A stretch of DNA of 32,000 bases, taken from Planctomycetales bacterium. Lineage in GTDB: Bacteria > 4484-113 > JAFGCY01. The notes below the pieces were generated by a model. That model ran no database searches. It had not been told where the DNA came from and saw nothing but the letters and a program-made list of their open reading frames with translations. Position numbers and translations under genes: made by a program. The stretch spans positions 3,060,001-3,092,000 of the forward strand of contig CP060262.1 in the NCBI GenBank assembly GCA_022646745.1. Direction: 5' to 3'. Numbering within the stretch: the first letter of the stretch is position 1; every line of letters starts with the position of its first letter. Shown here one piece after another: positions 1 through 8,508 of this stretch.

Positions 1-13
1 CTGTACTACTGAA

Positions 14-493
14 TCAGAGGTTCTCGCCCTGGTACTGCCCGCTGTACAGTGACTCCACCTGGCCCTCGATCCCGATCAGGATGAACTGCGCGATGCGCGC
101 GTCGCGATGCAGCTTGAGGGTGTTGTAGACCGTCATCAGGCCCTGGCCCTTGCCAACGTAGCCGGGATCCCACAGTGCTGAATGCAGGGTTGCTCCACAG
201 CGCATCAGGCTTGAACGAGGCAGCAGGATGCCGGCGGAATGCTCAGGCACGCTGACGGTCTCGTTGTATGTGACGAGGTATCCGCCGGGTGCCAGTTCAA
301 TCGTGGAGCCGTCGGCAGGCCAGTCCAGTTCCTCCAGCTCGGGCAGCTGACGCTTCTCATTCGTGAAGTCGAGGGTGGCCGGCCCGTTGAAGCGGGCGAT
401 GGAGCGCACGCTGAAGTCGTAGCCGGCAGGCTGGCGCTGCTTTGCTTCATCGGGGGAGCCGGGGAAGTCGATCCCCTTGAACAGTCTGAGCAT
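14..493 (-). CDS. dut: dUTP diphosphatase / dCTP deaminase-superfamily protein (short Dcd-like dUTPase type)
   Basis: 159-aa ORF with motifs of the trimeric dUTPase/Dcd fold (GILLPRSSLMRCG, WDPGYVGKG, ARIAQFILI). The roughly 160-aa length fits the short form. A TAAAAT hexamer lies 6 nt upstream of the ATG. Confidence 0.7.
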   Translation of the reverse strand: MLRLFKGIDFPGSPDEAKQRQPAGYDFSVRSIARFNGPATLDFTNEKRQLPELEELDWPADGSTIELAPGGYLVTYNETVSVPEHSAGILLPRSSLMRCGATLHSALWDPGYVGKGQGLMTVYNTLKLHRDARIAQFILIGIEGQVESLYSGQYQGENL

Positions 494-499
494 GCCTAG

Positions 500-505
500 A
501 TTTTA
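500..505 (-). promoter_or_regulatory. -10-like hexamer TAAAAT exactly 6 nt upstream of the dut ATG (leaderless-type promoter candidate)
   Basis: Minus strand reads GGCTAAAAT-ctaggc-ATG. No purine-rich Shine-Dalgarno lies in between. Confidence 0.4.
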
Positions 506-514
506 GCCGTAACC

Positions 515-523
515 TGCTAATAT
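515..523 (+). promoter_or_regulatory. extended -10-like element TGcTAATAT ending 6 nt upstream of the ATG at 530
   Basis: Plus strand reads ccTGcTAATAT-tcagga-ATG. Confidence 0.4.
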
Positions 524-529
524 TCAGGA

Positions 530-754
530 ATGTTCAATGCCCTGCTGGCAGGAGTGCTCCTCGCGCTGTACGCCGCTTACCTGTTCACCGGCATTTCCCA
601 GGGATTCCCGATCGCCTGGCTGGACTGGCACGCGCCCTATTTCCACTACGAGCTGAACCGGGAGGCGAGTTTGCAGGTGTTCATCCTGCCGGTCGTCCTT
701 GGACTGCTCACTGCCTTCAACTGGTACCGCAGCAGCATGCGCAACGAAGCCTGA
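530..754 (+). CDS. small hypothetical membrane protein (two predicted TM helices)
   Basis: 74-aa ORF with two hydrophobic stretches (LLAGVLLALYAAYLF; VFILPVVLGLLTAF) and GC-rich third codon positions. A -10-like element lies at N6 from the ATG. No family recognised. Confidence 0.45.
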   Translation: MFNALLAGVLLALYAAYLFTGISQGFPIAWLDWHAPYFHYELNREASLQVFILPVVLGLLTAFNWYRSSMRNEA

Positions 755-756
755 GC

Positions 757-1236
757 TCAGCCGCGGCTTGAGGCCGGCATCTCCCGGTCCTCGTCGAGGT
801 TGACATCGGAGCCGTCCCCATGGAGTGCCGCATCAAGCGCGCTCCAGCCGCACATCGCGCATTTGACGCGGGCATGCAGCTTGGCAACCCCCTCGAGGAT
901 CACGAGGTCGCCGAGCACCTGGCGGTCAAACTCCGTGCTGCCGTTGACGATCATCGCGCGGAACTCCTCCACCACGCGGTCAATCTCTGCGAAGGTCTTG
1001 CCCTTGAGGGCCTCCGTCATCATCGAGGCACTGGCCTGCGAGATCGCACAGCCATTGCCGAGCATTGCCACCTCGCTCACGCGGTCGTTGTCAAACTTCA
1101 GCTGCAGCTTGATCTTGTCCCCGCAGCTGGGGTTGCGGCAGTCCGCCTGGCGGTCCGGCTGGACGAGTGGTGTGGTGTTGCGGGGCGCCTTGTAGTGATC
1201 GAGGATCACTTCGCGGTAGAGTGCTTTCAGGTCCAT
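757..1236 (-). CDS. sufU: SUF-system Fe-S cluster assembly sulfur-acceptor/scaffold SufU (IscU/NifU-like)
   Basis: 159 aa. Conserved SufU Cys/Asp ligand motifs are present (NPSCGD, GNGCAIS, VKCAMCGW). Start overlaps the sufS stop (TGATG at 1234-1238). Confidence 0.9.
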   Translation of the reverse strand: MDLKALYREVILDHYKAPRNTTPLVQPDRQADCRNPSCGDKIKLQLKFDNDRVSEVAMLGNGCAISQASASMMTEALKGKTFAEIDRVVEEFRAMIVNGSTEFDRQVLGDLVILEGVAKLHARVKCAMCGWSALDAALHGDGSDVNLDEDREMPASSRG

Positions 1237-2498
1237 CAGGCGAATATCTCCTCCACGGTCTTGATGGCCGCGATCATCCTGTCAATCTCATCATGGGTGT
1301 TGTAGAGGTAGAGGGATGCACGCGTGCTGCTGCTCAGGCCAAGCGCGCAGTGCAGCGGTTCGGCACAGTGCAGGCCGCTGCGCACGGCGACGCCTTCCTC
1401 GTTGAGGAACTGGGCGACATCGTGCGGATGGGCATAATCCAGGTGGAAACTGGCAATCGCCGGCTTGCCGGGGAACCAGTCGCCGATCACGCGCACGCCC
1501 GGCATGTCAGCGAGGCGCTCGTGCATGTAGCGTGACAGTTCGACCTCATGCTCATAAATCGCCTGCATGCCCCACTGCTCGAGATAGTCAATCGCGGCAC
1601 CCATGCCGATCACGTCGGCGATGCTCGGAGTGCCGGCCTCGAACTTGTGCGGTGCGACGTTGAAACGCGTATGTTCGCGGCTGACCTCGGCGATCATGTT
1701 GCCACCGGTGCGATAGGGCGGCATCGAGTCCAGCAGCTCCCGTCGGCCCCAGAGAATGCCGACGCCGAAGGGCGCGAGGAACTTGTATGCGCTGCAGGCG
1801 ATGAAGTCGGCACCGAGTGCCTGCAAGTCCACCGGCATGTGCGGCACGCTCTGGGCACAGTCGGCAACGAAGATCGCACCGACGCGGTGGGCCTGCTCCG
1901 CCAGTTCCCTGATCGGGTTGACGACGGCGCTGACATTGCTGACGTGAGCACATGCCACGAGCTTCGTGCGCTCATTGAGCTTGCTGTCAAAATCCTCGCG
2001 ATCCAGCTGGCCGCTGGACAGCACATGCGCCACCTGGAACTTCGCACCCTTGCGCATGCAGAGCTGCTGCCATGGCACAAAGTTGGCATGGTGTTCCATG
2101 TCGGTTACCAGCACCTCGTCGCCGGGGCCGATGTTGGCCTCGCCCCAGCTGCCGGCGATGTGGTTGATGGAGTCAGTCGTGTTCAGGGTGTAGACGATCT
2201 CGTCCGGCTCGCGTGCATTCAGGAAGCGGGCCACCTTCACGCGGGCTTCCTCATATGCGTTCGTGGCCTCCTCACTGAGCATGTGGATGCCGCGGTGCAC
2301 GTTGGCGGGGTAATCGGAATAGACGCGGGAGATGCTGTCAATCACGGACTGCGGCTTGAGGGTGGCGGCCGTGTTGTCAAAGTAGACCAGCGGGTGGCCA
2401 TTGACCATCCGGCGCAGGGCGGGGAAGTCCTTCCTCAGGCGGTTGACGTCCAGCGCCGTGCCGACCTCCGCTCCTGCGGGGCTTTCACTGTTCATCAT
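1236..2498 (-). CDS. sufS: cysteine desulfurase SufS (class II aminotransferase V)
   Basis: Strong SufS/CsdA-like sequence (LVYFDNAATTLKPQ-type N-terminus, SAYKFLAPFGVGILWG PLP-lysine region, RSGLHCAEP active-site Cys loop). Start moved to the ATGATG at 2498/2495 because the longer ORF (to 2588) would overlap the Rieske gene. A GGAAG Shine-Dalgarno lies upstream. Confidence 0.93.
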   Translation of the reverse strand: MMNSESPAGAEVGTALDVNRLRKDFPALRRMVNGHPLVYFDNTAATLKPQSVIDSISRVYSDYPANVHRGIHMLSEEATNAYEEARVKVARFLNAREPDEIVYTLNTTDSINHIAGSWGEANIGPGDEVLVTDMEHHANFVPWQQLCMRKGAKFQVAHVLSSGQLDREDFDSKLNERTKLVACAHVSNVSAVVNPIRELAEQAHRVGAIFVADCAQSVPHMPVDLQALGADFIACSAYKFLAPFGVGILWGRRELLDSMPPYRTGGNMIAEVSREHTRFNVAPHKFEAGTPSIADVIGMGAAIDYLEQWGMQAIYEHEVELSRYMHERLADMPGVRVIGDWFPGKPAIASFHLDYAHPHDVAQFLNEEGVAVRSGLHCAEPLHCALGLSSSTRASLYLYNTHDEIDRMIAAIKTVEEIFA

Positions 2499-2520
2499 TG
2501 CACTTCCATTGCGTGTCTTG

Positions 2521-2838
2521 TCAGTCTTCAATCTCGACGAAGACATCATCGCCTTCGACGCGTACATTGTAGACCGGGACGGGGGCAAATGCGGGGGCCT
2601 TCATGGCCTTTCCGGTGCGCAGGTCGAAGGTTGCACCATGGGCGCGGCAACGCACGGTGCACTGCTGAGAATCGATCTCACCCTGGCTGAGCGGGAATTC
2701 CTGGTGGCTGCAGCAATCCTCGATCGCGTACACCATGTCGCCAAAGCGCACCAGCATGATGTCGTAGTCATCCACCGTGATCGGCCAGGCCTTGCCCTCC
2801 GGGATCTTCGACAGGCTGGCAACCCTGTGCTCCGCCAT
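2521..2838 (-). CDS. Rieske [2Fe-2S] ferredoxin-like protein embedded in the suf operon
   Basis: 105 aa with CSH...CRAH (C-x-H / C-x-x-H) Rieske ligand motifs. Start overlaps the sufD stop (TGATG). Confidence 0.85.
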   Translation of the reverse strand: MAEHRVASLSKIPEGKAWPITVDDYDIMLVRFGDMVYAIEDCCSHQEFPLSQGEIDSQQCTVRCRAHGATFDLRTGKAMKAPAFAPVPVYNVRVEGDDVFVEIED

Positions 2839-4121
2839 CAGACGCGCCGCCCGAGCATGTCGCCATAGACATACTCCCGCAGGCGGCCCTCCGGCACGAG
2901 GTCTGCCACTTCGGCGAGGAAGCCGCTGACCAGCAGCTGGCGGCCGGTCTCGGGATCGATGCCGCGGCTTTCGAGGTAGAACAGCTCCTCGCTGCTGACA
3001 TTGGCGACGCTGGCACCGTGGCTGCAGCGCACGTCATTGGCTTCAATCTCAAGCTGCGGAGAGCTCGATGAGCGGGCCTTCGGCGACAGCAGCAGCGAGC
3101 GGTTGCTCTGGTAGGCATCCGTTCCCTGTGCATCCGGGGCGACTGTGATCTGCCCGAGGTAGCTGGCCGCGCTGCGGTCCAGCATCGTGCCCTTGAACAG
3201 CAGGTCACTGTGGGCATTGGCAACTCGGTGGTCCTGGTGGCTGAAGATGGACGCGGTCTGCCGGCCACCCATGTGGTAGAGGCCGCGCAGCACGCTTTCA
3301 CTGCCGGGACCGGCCAGGCTGGTGATGGCGTCATGGCGCAGGTGGCGGCCCCCGACGAACAGGCTGACGCTGGTGCAGCGTGCATCCCGTCCGAGGTGCT
3401 GGGTTTCGATGCCACGCACGTCGCAATGCGTTCCGGTGTTCTGGTAGCGCAGCAGCTTCAGGGAGGAGTTGTCAGCCAGTTCCAGGTGCAGGCCGAGGTG
3501 CAGCAGGGACTGTTCCTCGATGTCGTCACCAGTGATGTGCAGGTGCAGGCTGCAGGCTGAACCGGACTGTGCGTTGACCACGATCTGCTCTGAGCGATAG
3601 AGACCGGCACCCGGCATGTCAACGATCAGGTGCAGGGGCAGGCCGCCTTCGGAATTGGCCGACATGTCCAGCAGCATCACACGCTGCAGGCGGCTGAGCT
3701 GCTCAGCCTCAAGCTTGTCGCTTTCACGCTGGTTCAGGGATTCCAGCCAGCCCTGCAGTGCGGGATGCTCACTGAATCCGGCATGCTCGTCCAGCAGGCT
3801 GATGCTGCCGCCGAAGTCCTCCATTGATCCCTGCAGGCATTCCAGCCCCTCAATGCCAAGGCGCAGCACGATCGCCGGTCCGGCATGCTGGAGCATGTCC
3901 GCCACATGCAGCGAACGATTGCTCGCCTGGGGGCTGATGCCCTGCGTAAGCTGCTCGGGCAGGAACTTGTCCGGCCGGCCATAGTGCCAGCTTTCGGTGC
4001 GCAGGTCGGGCAGGGGCAGGGCGGCTGCCAATTCGGCATAGCGCTGGCGCAGGCCGGGCAGGCCAGCCTCATGGGCTGCGTTCCCGCGGTGTCCACTCTG
4101 TGTTTCACTTGAACCGGACAT
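2838..4121 (-). CDS. sufD: Fe-S cluster assembly protein SufD
   Basis: 427 aa. C-terminal beta-helix region resembles SufB/SufD (ANDVRCSHGASVANVSSEELFYLESRGI). Sits between sufB and sufS, and its start overlaps the sufB stop. Confidence 0.87.
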   Translation of the reverse strand: MSGSSETQSGHRGNAAHEAGLPGLRQRYAELAAALPLPDLRTESWHYGRPDKFLPEQLTQGISPQASNRSLHVADMLQHAGPAIVLRLGIEGLECLQGSMEDFGGSISLLDEHAGFSEHPALQGWLESLNQRESDKLEAEQLSRLQRVMLLDMSANSEGGLPLHLIVDMPGAGLYRSEQIVVNAQSGSACSLHLHITGDDIEEQSLLHLGLHLELADNSSLKLLRYQNTGTHCDVRGIETQHLGRDARCTSVSLFVGGRHLRHDAITSLAGPGSESVLRGLYHMGGRQTASIFSHQDHRVANAHSDLLFKGTMLDRSAASYLGQITVAPDAQGTDAYQSNRSLLLSPKARSSSSPQLEIEANDVRCSHGASVANVSSEELFYLESRGIDPETGRQLLVSGFLAEVADLVPEGRLREYVYGDMLGRRV

Positions 4122-5536
4122 CAGCCTACGCTTCCCTCCATCTCAAGTTCGATCAGGCGGTTGAGCTCGACCGCGTATTCCAGCGGGAGCTGCTTGGTGA
4201 TCGGTTCGATGAAGCCATTGACAATCAGGGCCAGTGCTTCGCTCTCCTCAATGCCTCGCTGCATCAGGTAGAACATCTGCTGCTCGCTGACCTTGCTCAC
4301 GCGGGCCTCGTGGCCGACGCTGGCACTGTCCTCGTCCACTTCGATGTAGGGATAGGTGTCCGTGCGGCTGTTGCGGTCCAGCAGCAGGGCATCGCAGTCC
4401 ACGCTGCTCTTGGCACCGCGCGCTCCGCTGTGGATGCGCACCAGGCCGCGGTAGGTGCTGCGCCCGAGGCCCTTGCTGATCGACTTGGCAATGATCCGGC
4501 TGGTGGTGCCGGGCGCCACGTGGATCATCTTGGCACCGGTGTCCTGGTGCTGGCCGTCCTGCGCATAGGCGATGGACATCACCTCGCCGCGGGCACCCTC
4601 ACCGACGAGCATCACGCTCGGGTACTTCATCGTCAGCTGGCTGCCGATGTTGCCATCCAGCCACTCCACGGTGGCATGCTCCATGGCGACGGCGCGCTTG
4701 GTGACAAGGTTGTAGACACTGTTACTCCAGTTCTGCACCGTGCTGTAGCGGATGCGGGAACCGGGCTTGGCAATGATTTCCACCACCGCGCTGTGCAGTG
4801 AGTCGGCGGTCCAGGTCGGGGCGGTGCAGCCCTCGATGTAGTGCACGAAGGCACCTTCATCGGCAATGATCAACGTGCGCTCAAACTGGCCGGCCTTGTC
4901 TGCGTTGATGCGGAAGTAGGCCTGCAGCGGGATGTCGATCTTGACGCCCTTCGGCACGTAGACGAAGGAACCACCGGACCAGACAGCGCTGTTGAGCGCG
5001 CTGAACTTGTTGTCCTCCGGCGGGATTACCGTGCCGAAATGCTCACGCACGACATCCTCATGCTCACGCAGGCCGGTGTCCATGTCGAGGAAGACCACGC
5101 CGGCCTCCTCCCATTCCTTCTTCAGGTTGTGGTAGACACTCTCGCTGTCGTACTGGGCACCGACACCGGCGAGGCTCTTGCGCTCCGCCTCCGGGATGCC
5201 GAGGCGTTCGAAGGTGCGCTTCATCTCCTCCGGCACTTCCTCCCATGTACGGTTGTTGCCACTGTCCGGCTTGAGGTAGTAGTAGATCGAATCGAAGTCG
5301 ACGTCGATCTTCCCACCCCACCATGGAATCGGACGCTCCTCGTAGTGCTTCAGCGAACGCAGGCGGAAGTCGAGCATCCACTTCGGCTCATTCTTCATCT
5401 CGCTCATCTGCCTGACAACGTTCTCATTCAGCCCCGGTTCGGCCTTGTAGCTGTAACGCGCATCCGCGTCATGCCAGCCGGCCTGGTAGGAACCGATGTT
5501 GATGATGTCCGGAGTGCTCTGTTGTGAATCGCTCAT
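4121..5536 (-). CDS. sufB: Fe-S cluster assembly scaffold SufB
   Basis: 471 aa, highly conserved SufB sequence ([30 protein letters not shown]). A GGGAGGG Shine-Dalgarno lies in the 11-nt gap after sufC. Confidence 0.96.
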   Translation of the reverse strand: MSDSQQSTPDIINIGSYQAGWHDADARYSYKAEPGLNENVVRQMSEMKNEPKWMLDFRLRSLKHYEERPIPWWGGKIDVDFDSIYYYLKPDSGNNRTWEEVPEEMKRTFERLGIPEAERKSLAGVGAQYDSESVYHNLKKEWEEAGVVFLDMDTGLREHEDVVREHFGTVIPPEDNKFSALNSAVWSGGSFVYVPKGVKIDIPLQAYFRINADKAGQFERTLIIADEGAFVHYIEGCTAPTWTADSLHSAVVEIIAKPGSRIRYSTVQNWSNSVYNLVTKRAVAMEHATVEWLDGNIGSQLTMKYPSVMLVGEGARGEVMSIAYAQDGQHQDTGAKMIHVAPGTTSRIIAKSISKGLGRSTYRGLVRIHSGARGAKSSVDCDALLLDRNSRTDTYPYIEVDEDSASVGHEARVSKVSEQQMFYLMQRGIEESEALALIVNGFIEPITKQLPLEYAVELNRLIELEMEGSVG

Positions 5537-5547
5537 ATGGCCCTCCC

Positions 5548-6291
5548 TCAGACGCTCGCCTGCTCACGGATGAGCTCGTAGCCCTGCTCATCGATATTGC
5601 GGGCCAGCTCGATGCCCGGTGCGCTGCGCACGATGCGGCCGTCCAGCATCACGTGGCAGTAGTCCGGGTTGATGTACTCCAGCAGGCGCTGGTAGTGCGT
5701 CACGATCACGATGCTTCGTTCGGGGCTGCGCATGCGGTTGACGCCCTCGCTGACGATCTTCAGCGCATCCACGTCGAGCCCGCTGTCCGTCTCATCCAGA
5801 ACACAGAGCTTCGGCTCCAGCAGCATCATCTGCAGGATCTCGTTCTTCTTCTTCTCGCCGCCGCTGAAGCCGTCGTTCAGGTAGCGCTGGGACCAGCTGT
5901 CATCGAGCTTCAGCTCCTTCAGGCGGTCCTGCAGCAGGCCGTAGAACTCCATCGCGCTCATCGGGTTCTCCCGGCGGGCGTTGAGCGCCGTGCGCAGGAA
6001 GTTCGCGATGGTCACACCGCTGATCTCGACGGGGTACTGGAATGCGAGGAACAGGCCGTTGCGGCTGCGCTCGTGGGTTTCCTGCTCCAGCAGGTCCTCC
6101 CCGAGGTAGCTGACGGAACCGCCGGTGACCTCGTAGGCTTCATCGCCGGCGAGCACCTTGGCGAGCGTGCTCTTACCGCTGCCGTTCGGGCCCATGATGG
6201 CGTGCACTTCACCGGCGGAGACCTCCAGGTTCACTCCCTTGAGGATGTCCTGTTCTCCGACGCGGGCTGTTAAATTCGTGATTTTAAGCAT
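5548..6291 (-). CDS. sufC: Fe-S cluster assembly ATPase SufC
   Basis: ABC ATPase with Walker [10 protein letters not shown], signature FSGGEKKK and Walker [13 protein letters not shown]. Start placed at ATG 6291 (MLKITNL), which is preceded by GGAAAG. The 20-codon upstream extension is AT-rich and non-conserved. Confidence 0.95.
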   Translation of the reverse strand: MLKITNLTARVGEQDILKGVNLEVSAGEVHAIMGPNGSGKSTLAKVLAGDEAYEVTGGSVSYLGEDLLEQETHERSRNGLFLAFQYPVEISGVTIANFLRTALNARRENPMSAMEFYGLLQDRLKELKLDDSWSQRYLNDGFSGGEKKKNEILQMMLLEPKLCVLDETDSGLDVDALKIVSEGVNRMRSPERSIVIVTHYQRLLEYINPDYCHVMLDGRIVRSAPGIELARNIDEQGYELIREQASV

Positions 6292-6320
6292 ACTTTCCAA
6301 CTGCAATATTCCTGGGAAAT

Positions 6321-6340
6321 TTGCCTGCTGGCAACAGTTG
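6321..6340. promoter_or_regulatory. overlapping dyad symmetries (TTGCC-N4-GGCAA and CAAC-N1-GTTG) between the candidate suf -10 and the sufC RBS; candidate operator
   Basis: Read directly: TTGCCTGCTGGCAACAGTTG. It lies 30-49 nt upstream of the sufC ATG and immediately downstream of the TATACT hexamer. Confidence 0.3.
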
Positions 6341-6341
6341 G

Positions 6342-6350
6342 AGTATACCA
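6342..6350 (-). promoter_or_regulatory. candidate extended -10 (TGgTATACT) for the suf operon
   Basis: Minus strand reads gcgTGGTATACTcc about 45 nt upstream of the sufC ATG. No convincing -35. An alternative TATAAT lies at 6405-6410 on the minus strand. Confidence 0.3.
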
Positions 6351-6533
6351 CGCTAAATCAGGATTTATTCTGTCCCACTTTTCGATTTCCCCGCATGGAT
6401 ATTGATTATACTGAAATCAATGTGGGAGCACGCTGCCAGAAGAGGGGGAGGAAAATAGCTTAAGCAGGACAATATTTATCCGATTAATCCTGCACGCTGT
6501 TGATAGATTTCTAATAGTATAACGTGAATTATG

Positions 6534-7001
6534 TCACGATATTTTGGGAGGCTTTGGCATGATTCCGGCTTCGGACTGCAGCAGCTCGCGGCGGATCACA
6601 TCCTTCAGCCCGATGCCCTGTCCTTCGCTTACGACCTCTGCAATGTTATCAATGAACATGTCACGGTAGATCTCGCCGGCGGTTCCCTTCATGCCGTAGG
6701 TTGATTCAGGAATCGTGCGCCACATCTCCTTCAGCAGGTGGCTGACGAACAGGGCCTCCATGTCTGATGAGGCCTTATCGATGCGCTCAGCCGTGTGGGG
6801 CGGGGGAGCCTGCTGCTGCGGGGTTTCATGCAGGGCGATACCCATGGCCATCTGCGTCTCGAGCAGGGCATTTTGCAGCATTGCAGCAAATGGGGGCTGG
6901 ACCGGAGCGCTCGTATCCTCCGCTGGCAGCTTCATACTGCGGCCAGCCTGCGGAATGCCCGCATCCAGTGGCCTGACCAGCGCTGCATTCACTGAATTCA
7001 T
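6534..7001 (-). CDS. FlgJ-type rod-binding domain protein (stand-alone, no glucosaminidase domain)
   Basis: 155 aa. The C-terminal half matches the rod-binding (FlgJ N-terminal / CheL-like) pattern: MEALFVSHLLKEMWRT...GEIYRDMFIDNIAEVVSEGQGIGLKDVIRREL. Confidence 0.65.
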   Translation of the reverse strand: MNSVNAALVRPLDAGIPQAGRSMKLPAEDTSAPVQPPFAAMLQNALLETQMAMGIALHETPQQQAPPPHTAERIDKASSDMEALFVSHLLKEMWRTIPESTYGMKGTAGEIYRDMFIDNIAEVVSEGQGIGLKDVIRRELLQSEAGIMPKPPKIS

Positions 7002-7067
7002 GCTTAACCTATCGACTGTTAATCAGGGCACTTGAGCCTGCCGAATATCTACTACCTGATTTCTAAT

Positions 7068-7820
7068 ATGCCCATTCGCGAGGACACAGTGGAACTGCTT
7101 GGCCTGCCGGTGATCACCGGTGGCCGTGAAGCGGTGCTGGATCTGATCTGCAGCCGGGTGCTGGCAGGCCTGGCTACCCAGGTGCTGACCATCAACCCGG
7201 AGATGGTGCTCGCGATGAGAACCGACCCCGCGGTGGCGGATCTGATGTCCCGGGCCGAGGCGGTGGTGGCGGATGGAGTCGGGATCCAGCTGGCGGCCAG
7301 GCTGCTCGGTAAGCGCGATGTGCAGCGATATCCGGGTGTCGAGCTGGCACTGGACCTGCTGGAGCGCCTGCCCGGCAAGCGGGTGTTCCTGCTCGGTTCG
7401 AGGCCGGGGGTGGCGGACGCCGCTGCCCTCTGGATAGAAGGTCGGATGCCGCAGGTTAACATAGCTGGATGCCACGATGGTTACTTCGCGGCAGGGAAGG
7501 ATGTTGAGATGCTTTCGATGATCAGGGATGCCGGTACGGATATCCTGATCGTCGGGATGGGCAGCCCGCGGCAGGAACAGTTCATTGATTCCGCACGTCT
7601 GGGCTGCGGTGCGAAACTGATGGTGGGAGTAGGTGGTTCCCTTGAGGTGTATGCCGGAGTAAAGCAGCGCGCCCCCCAGTGGGTGCGCAGCACTGGGATG
7701 GAATGGCTGCATCGCCTGACCCAGGATGGCAGCAGGCTTGGCCGGATCGGCAGCCTGCCGCGCTTCGTAAACCTGGTGATGAGGGAATACGTCGGGAAGC
7801 TTAATGATCAAGTTTGTTAA
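7068..7820 (+). CDS. WecG/TagA/CpsF-family glycosyltransferase (N-acetylmannosaminyl-type transferase family)
   Basis: Family hallmarks are present: VADGVGIQLAARLLG, RVFLLGSRPGVA, ILIVGMGSPRQEQF, VGVGGSLEVYAGVKQRAPQW, MEWLHRL. The start is uncertain: ATG 7068 is preferred, and TTG 7032 is the longest ORF. The 3' end overlaps ftsE by 17 nt. Confidence 0.85.
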   Translation: MPIREDTVELLGLPVITGGREAVLDLICSRVLAGLATQVLTINPEMVLAMRTDPAVADLMSRAEAVVADGVGIQLAARLLGKRDVQRYPGVELALDLLERLPGKRVFLLGSRPGVADAAALWIEGRMPQVNIAGCHDGYFAAGKDVEMLSMIRDAGTDILIVGMGSPRQEQFIDSARLGCGAKLMVGVGGSLEVYAGVKQRAPQWVRSTGMEWLHRLTQDGSRLGRIGSLPRFVNLVMREYVGKLNDQVC

Positions 7821-8508
7821 CGCGGGTCTGACCTATCCGAACATGGCCGTTGGCCTGACGGGAGTCGACCTGCACATCGAGAAGCAGGAGTTCGCGTTCA
7901 TCGTCGGCCCGACGGGTGGCGGCAAGAGCAGCCTGCTGAAACTCATCTACCGGGACACCGTTGCCACTGAGGGCAAGGTGATCGTGTTCAACAAGGACAT
8001 CTCATCTCTGCGCATGCGCGAGATCCCTTATTACCGGCGCAGGGTGGGGGTGATCTTCCAGGACTTCCTGCTGCTGCCGCAGAAGACCGCGTTTGACAAC
8101 GTGGCCTATGCGCTGCACATCCGTGGCGCTACCCAGCGCCAGATCAGCACGCTGGTGCCTGAGGTGCTGGACTGGATCGGGCTGTCGCGCAAGCTGAAGA
8201 GCTACCCGACTGAGATGTCCGGTGGTGAACAGCAGCGCCTGTGCATTGCCAGGGCAATTGTCAACAAGCCGGACATCCTGCTGGCGGACGAGCCGACGGG
8301 CAACCTTGACCCTGATACCAGCCTTGAGATCATGGAACTGATCACCCGCATCAACGAGCGCGGCACCACAGTGCTTGTCGCCACGCATGATGCGAGCATC
8401 GTCAACCGCTTCCGCAGGCGCACACTTGTCGTGCGCAATGGTGAGCTGTATGCCGACCGGCGCGAGGGCGGTTACCACGAGGGACCGGGGGAGGGCACCC
8501 ATGCGTAG
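7804..8508 (+). CDS. ftsE: cell-division ABC transporter ATP-binding protein FtsE
   Basis: Walker A GPTGGGKSS, signature MSGGEQQR, Walker B ILLADEPTGNLD. GGGAAG Shine-Dalgarno upstream, and ftsX follows immediately. Confidence 0.93.
   Translation: MIKFVNAGLTYPNMAVGLTGVDLHIEKQEFAFIVGPTGGGKSSLLKLIYRDTVATEGKVIVFNKDISSLRMREIPYYRRRVGVIFQDFLLLPQKTAFDNVAYALHIRGATQRQISTLVPEVLDWIGLSRKLKSYPTEMSGGEQQRLCIARAIVNKPDILLADEPTGNLDPDTSLEIMELITRINERGTTVLVATHDASIVNRFRRRTLVVRNGELYADRREGGYHEGPGEGTHA

Noticed and set aside
1548-2690. 380-aa plus-strand ORF, plus similar long ORFs at 4100-4801, 4841-5527, 5524-6273, 11320-12171, 12709-13509, 16244-16942, 20714-21400, 22828-23652, 28089-28958, 29332-30243 and 30451-31467
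   Set aside because: All are antisense or out of frame relative to genes with strong family signatures (suf genes, ctp, kdsD, nucleotidase, mutS2, permeases). They have arginine/alanine/histidine-rich compositions typical of shadow frames.
6464-6493. Hairpin GCAGGA-N18-TCCTGC downstream of the FlgJ-like gene as a terminator
   Set aside because: A 6-bp stem with an 18-nt loop and no clear U-tract is not convincing.
7023-7811. 262-aa minus-strand ORF of the same length as the plus-strand WecG/TagA gene
   Set aside because: The plus-strand frame has unmistakable family motifs. The minus-strand product is a Pro/His/Arg/Gln-rich shadow.
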